Assembly: GCA_051294905.1 (NCBI GenBank) | Contig: CM119372.1 | Span: 1,924,001 to 1,988,000, forward strand | Length of the DNA stretch: 64,000 nucleotides | Direction of reading: 5' to 3' | Origin: Botryllus schlosseri | Taxonomy: Eukaryota | Shown: positions 62,871 through 64,000 of the stretch, in pieces | How positions within the stretch are numbered: the first letter of the stretch is position 1 | How the letters are laid out: each line of letters starts with the position of its first letter | Program-made: the position numbers and the translations under genes | The notes under the pieces: generated by a model | What the model was told of the DNA's origin: nothing | Seen by the model: only the letters and a program-made list of their open reading frames with translations | Database searches by the model: none

Positions 62871-64000
62871 GCACCGTAACTGCCGCACCCCAAACCCCCC
62901 AATTGGGGGGGCGAGCACGACGGGGGCCGAAAATAATTTCGTGAATTAGCATAAATCATGGAGCATTTTTTGAAAATTTATGCAATTTTTTCAAAATTTT
63001 TTCGCGCTGCGCGCGAATTCAAGTACCCATTTATCTTTATTATTGGGTATTGGGCCATTACCGCGCAACGACTAGGGTTGGGACTTCGGGATCAAATTTG
63101 AAATCCCGGGATCGGGATTTCCCGGGATTTTCGCTTCTCAATCCCGGGATTTCCCGGGATTAGTAAAATAGTAAAATACACATACAATACAAGCTACACA
63201 AATAACATTTATCCCTTGTAATATCGACGCAAAACATGAGAGCATCAAGAGCAATGATTCCAAACCGTGGCTCCAAGGTTGCGGCTCTGAGTGACCTCTA
63301 AATATGCCGCAAAAATATAATGGACGACAGTTGTTGTTTGTTTCTATGAATAGTTATAGGCAATTTCTGTATCTGAATGCTGAAATGAGGCATATTTGTT
63401 ATGCCTAAAGCCGTCCAAGACCGCTTGTGAAAACAGGGAAACAGAATTCTTGCAGACAAGCGTCAAACGCATGGATGAATACCCGCCAGACAACGATATA
63501 TTTGAGTTCTGCTGATCGCACACCTTTATATATCGACTTTGTGAATAGTAAACGTCGACACAATTTTACTAACATCAAAATAACGGCTCATAGTCAAGTA
63601 TAAATAGCAATTAGTCCAATATTATTCGGCGAATAATTCTCCCGCAAACTTGTGTATCAAGTGCTGGAATGTACGAGGATTGAGGAGCTAACACGACAAA
63701 ATATCAAGTTATACTAATGATATGCAAATTCAGTTTATTTCAATGCATATTGCATAGCACTTGTCAATCTGCGTATATAAATGCTAATATAACCGATATA
63801 GAATCAATAGAAGTCCATGTGCATGTGCATGCTGTTGAGATAGCTAGATGGTGAGATCCAGAGGTAGGTTATTCCTAGCTACCTTGAAATTTTCGTCTTA
63901 AGTATATAGCCTACTCGAGTGTTTATGCGGCTCCCTACGTATACTCCGAAGTTTGAAATGCAGCTCCGACATCCAAAATGGTGGAACCACTGATCAAGAG

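Overview
This is eukaryotic (animal) genomic DNA: AT-rich, with GT-AG introns and dense transposon content. The style fits a marine invertebrate such as a tunicate, but that cannot be proven from the window. Host genes read by hand are two tandem, highly diverged paralogous type-I membrane proteins with an atypical cysteine-rich CUB domain (+, 4.7-10.9 kb and 13.4-19.6 kb; the second has an ITIM-consensus tail) and a TRAIP-like RING-H2/coiled-coil gene (-, 37.6 to 34.9 kb). About 270 bp upstream of the RING gene is a 10-kb nested transposon complex: a 9-bp-TSD element contains a SINE head, then a Harbinger, then a hAT-type element, then a P element. The P transposase keeps an intact catalytic ORF but lost its THAP end and gained an in-frame ATG from the host element. 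Elsewhere are a decayed Kolobok (THAP-transposase plus KolX, TTAA TSD), a dispersed Penelope-type repeat carrying minimal hammerhead ribozymes, tiny palindromic P-type excision footprints, a foldback element with telomere-like repeats, many MITEs with verifiable TSDs, LINE tails, a local direct duplication and a ~680-bp inverted duplication. All calls come from manual reading; no database searches were run.
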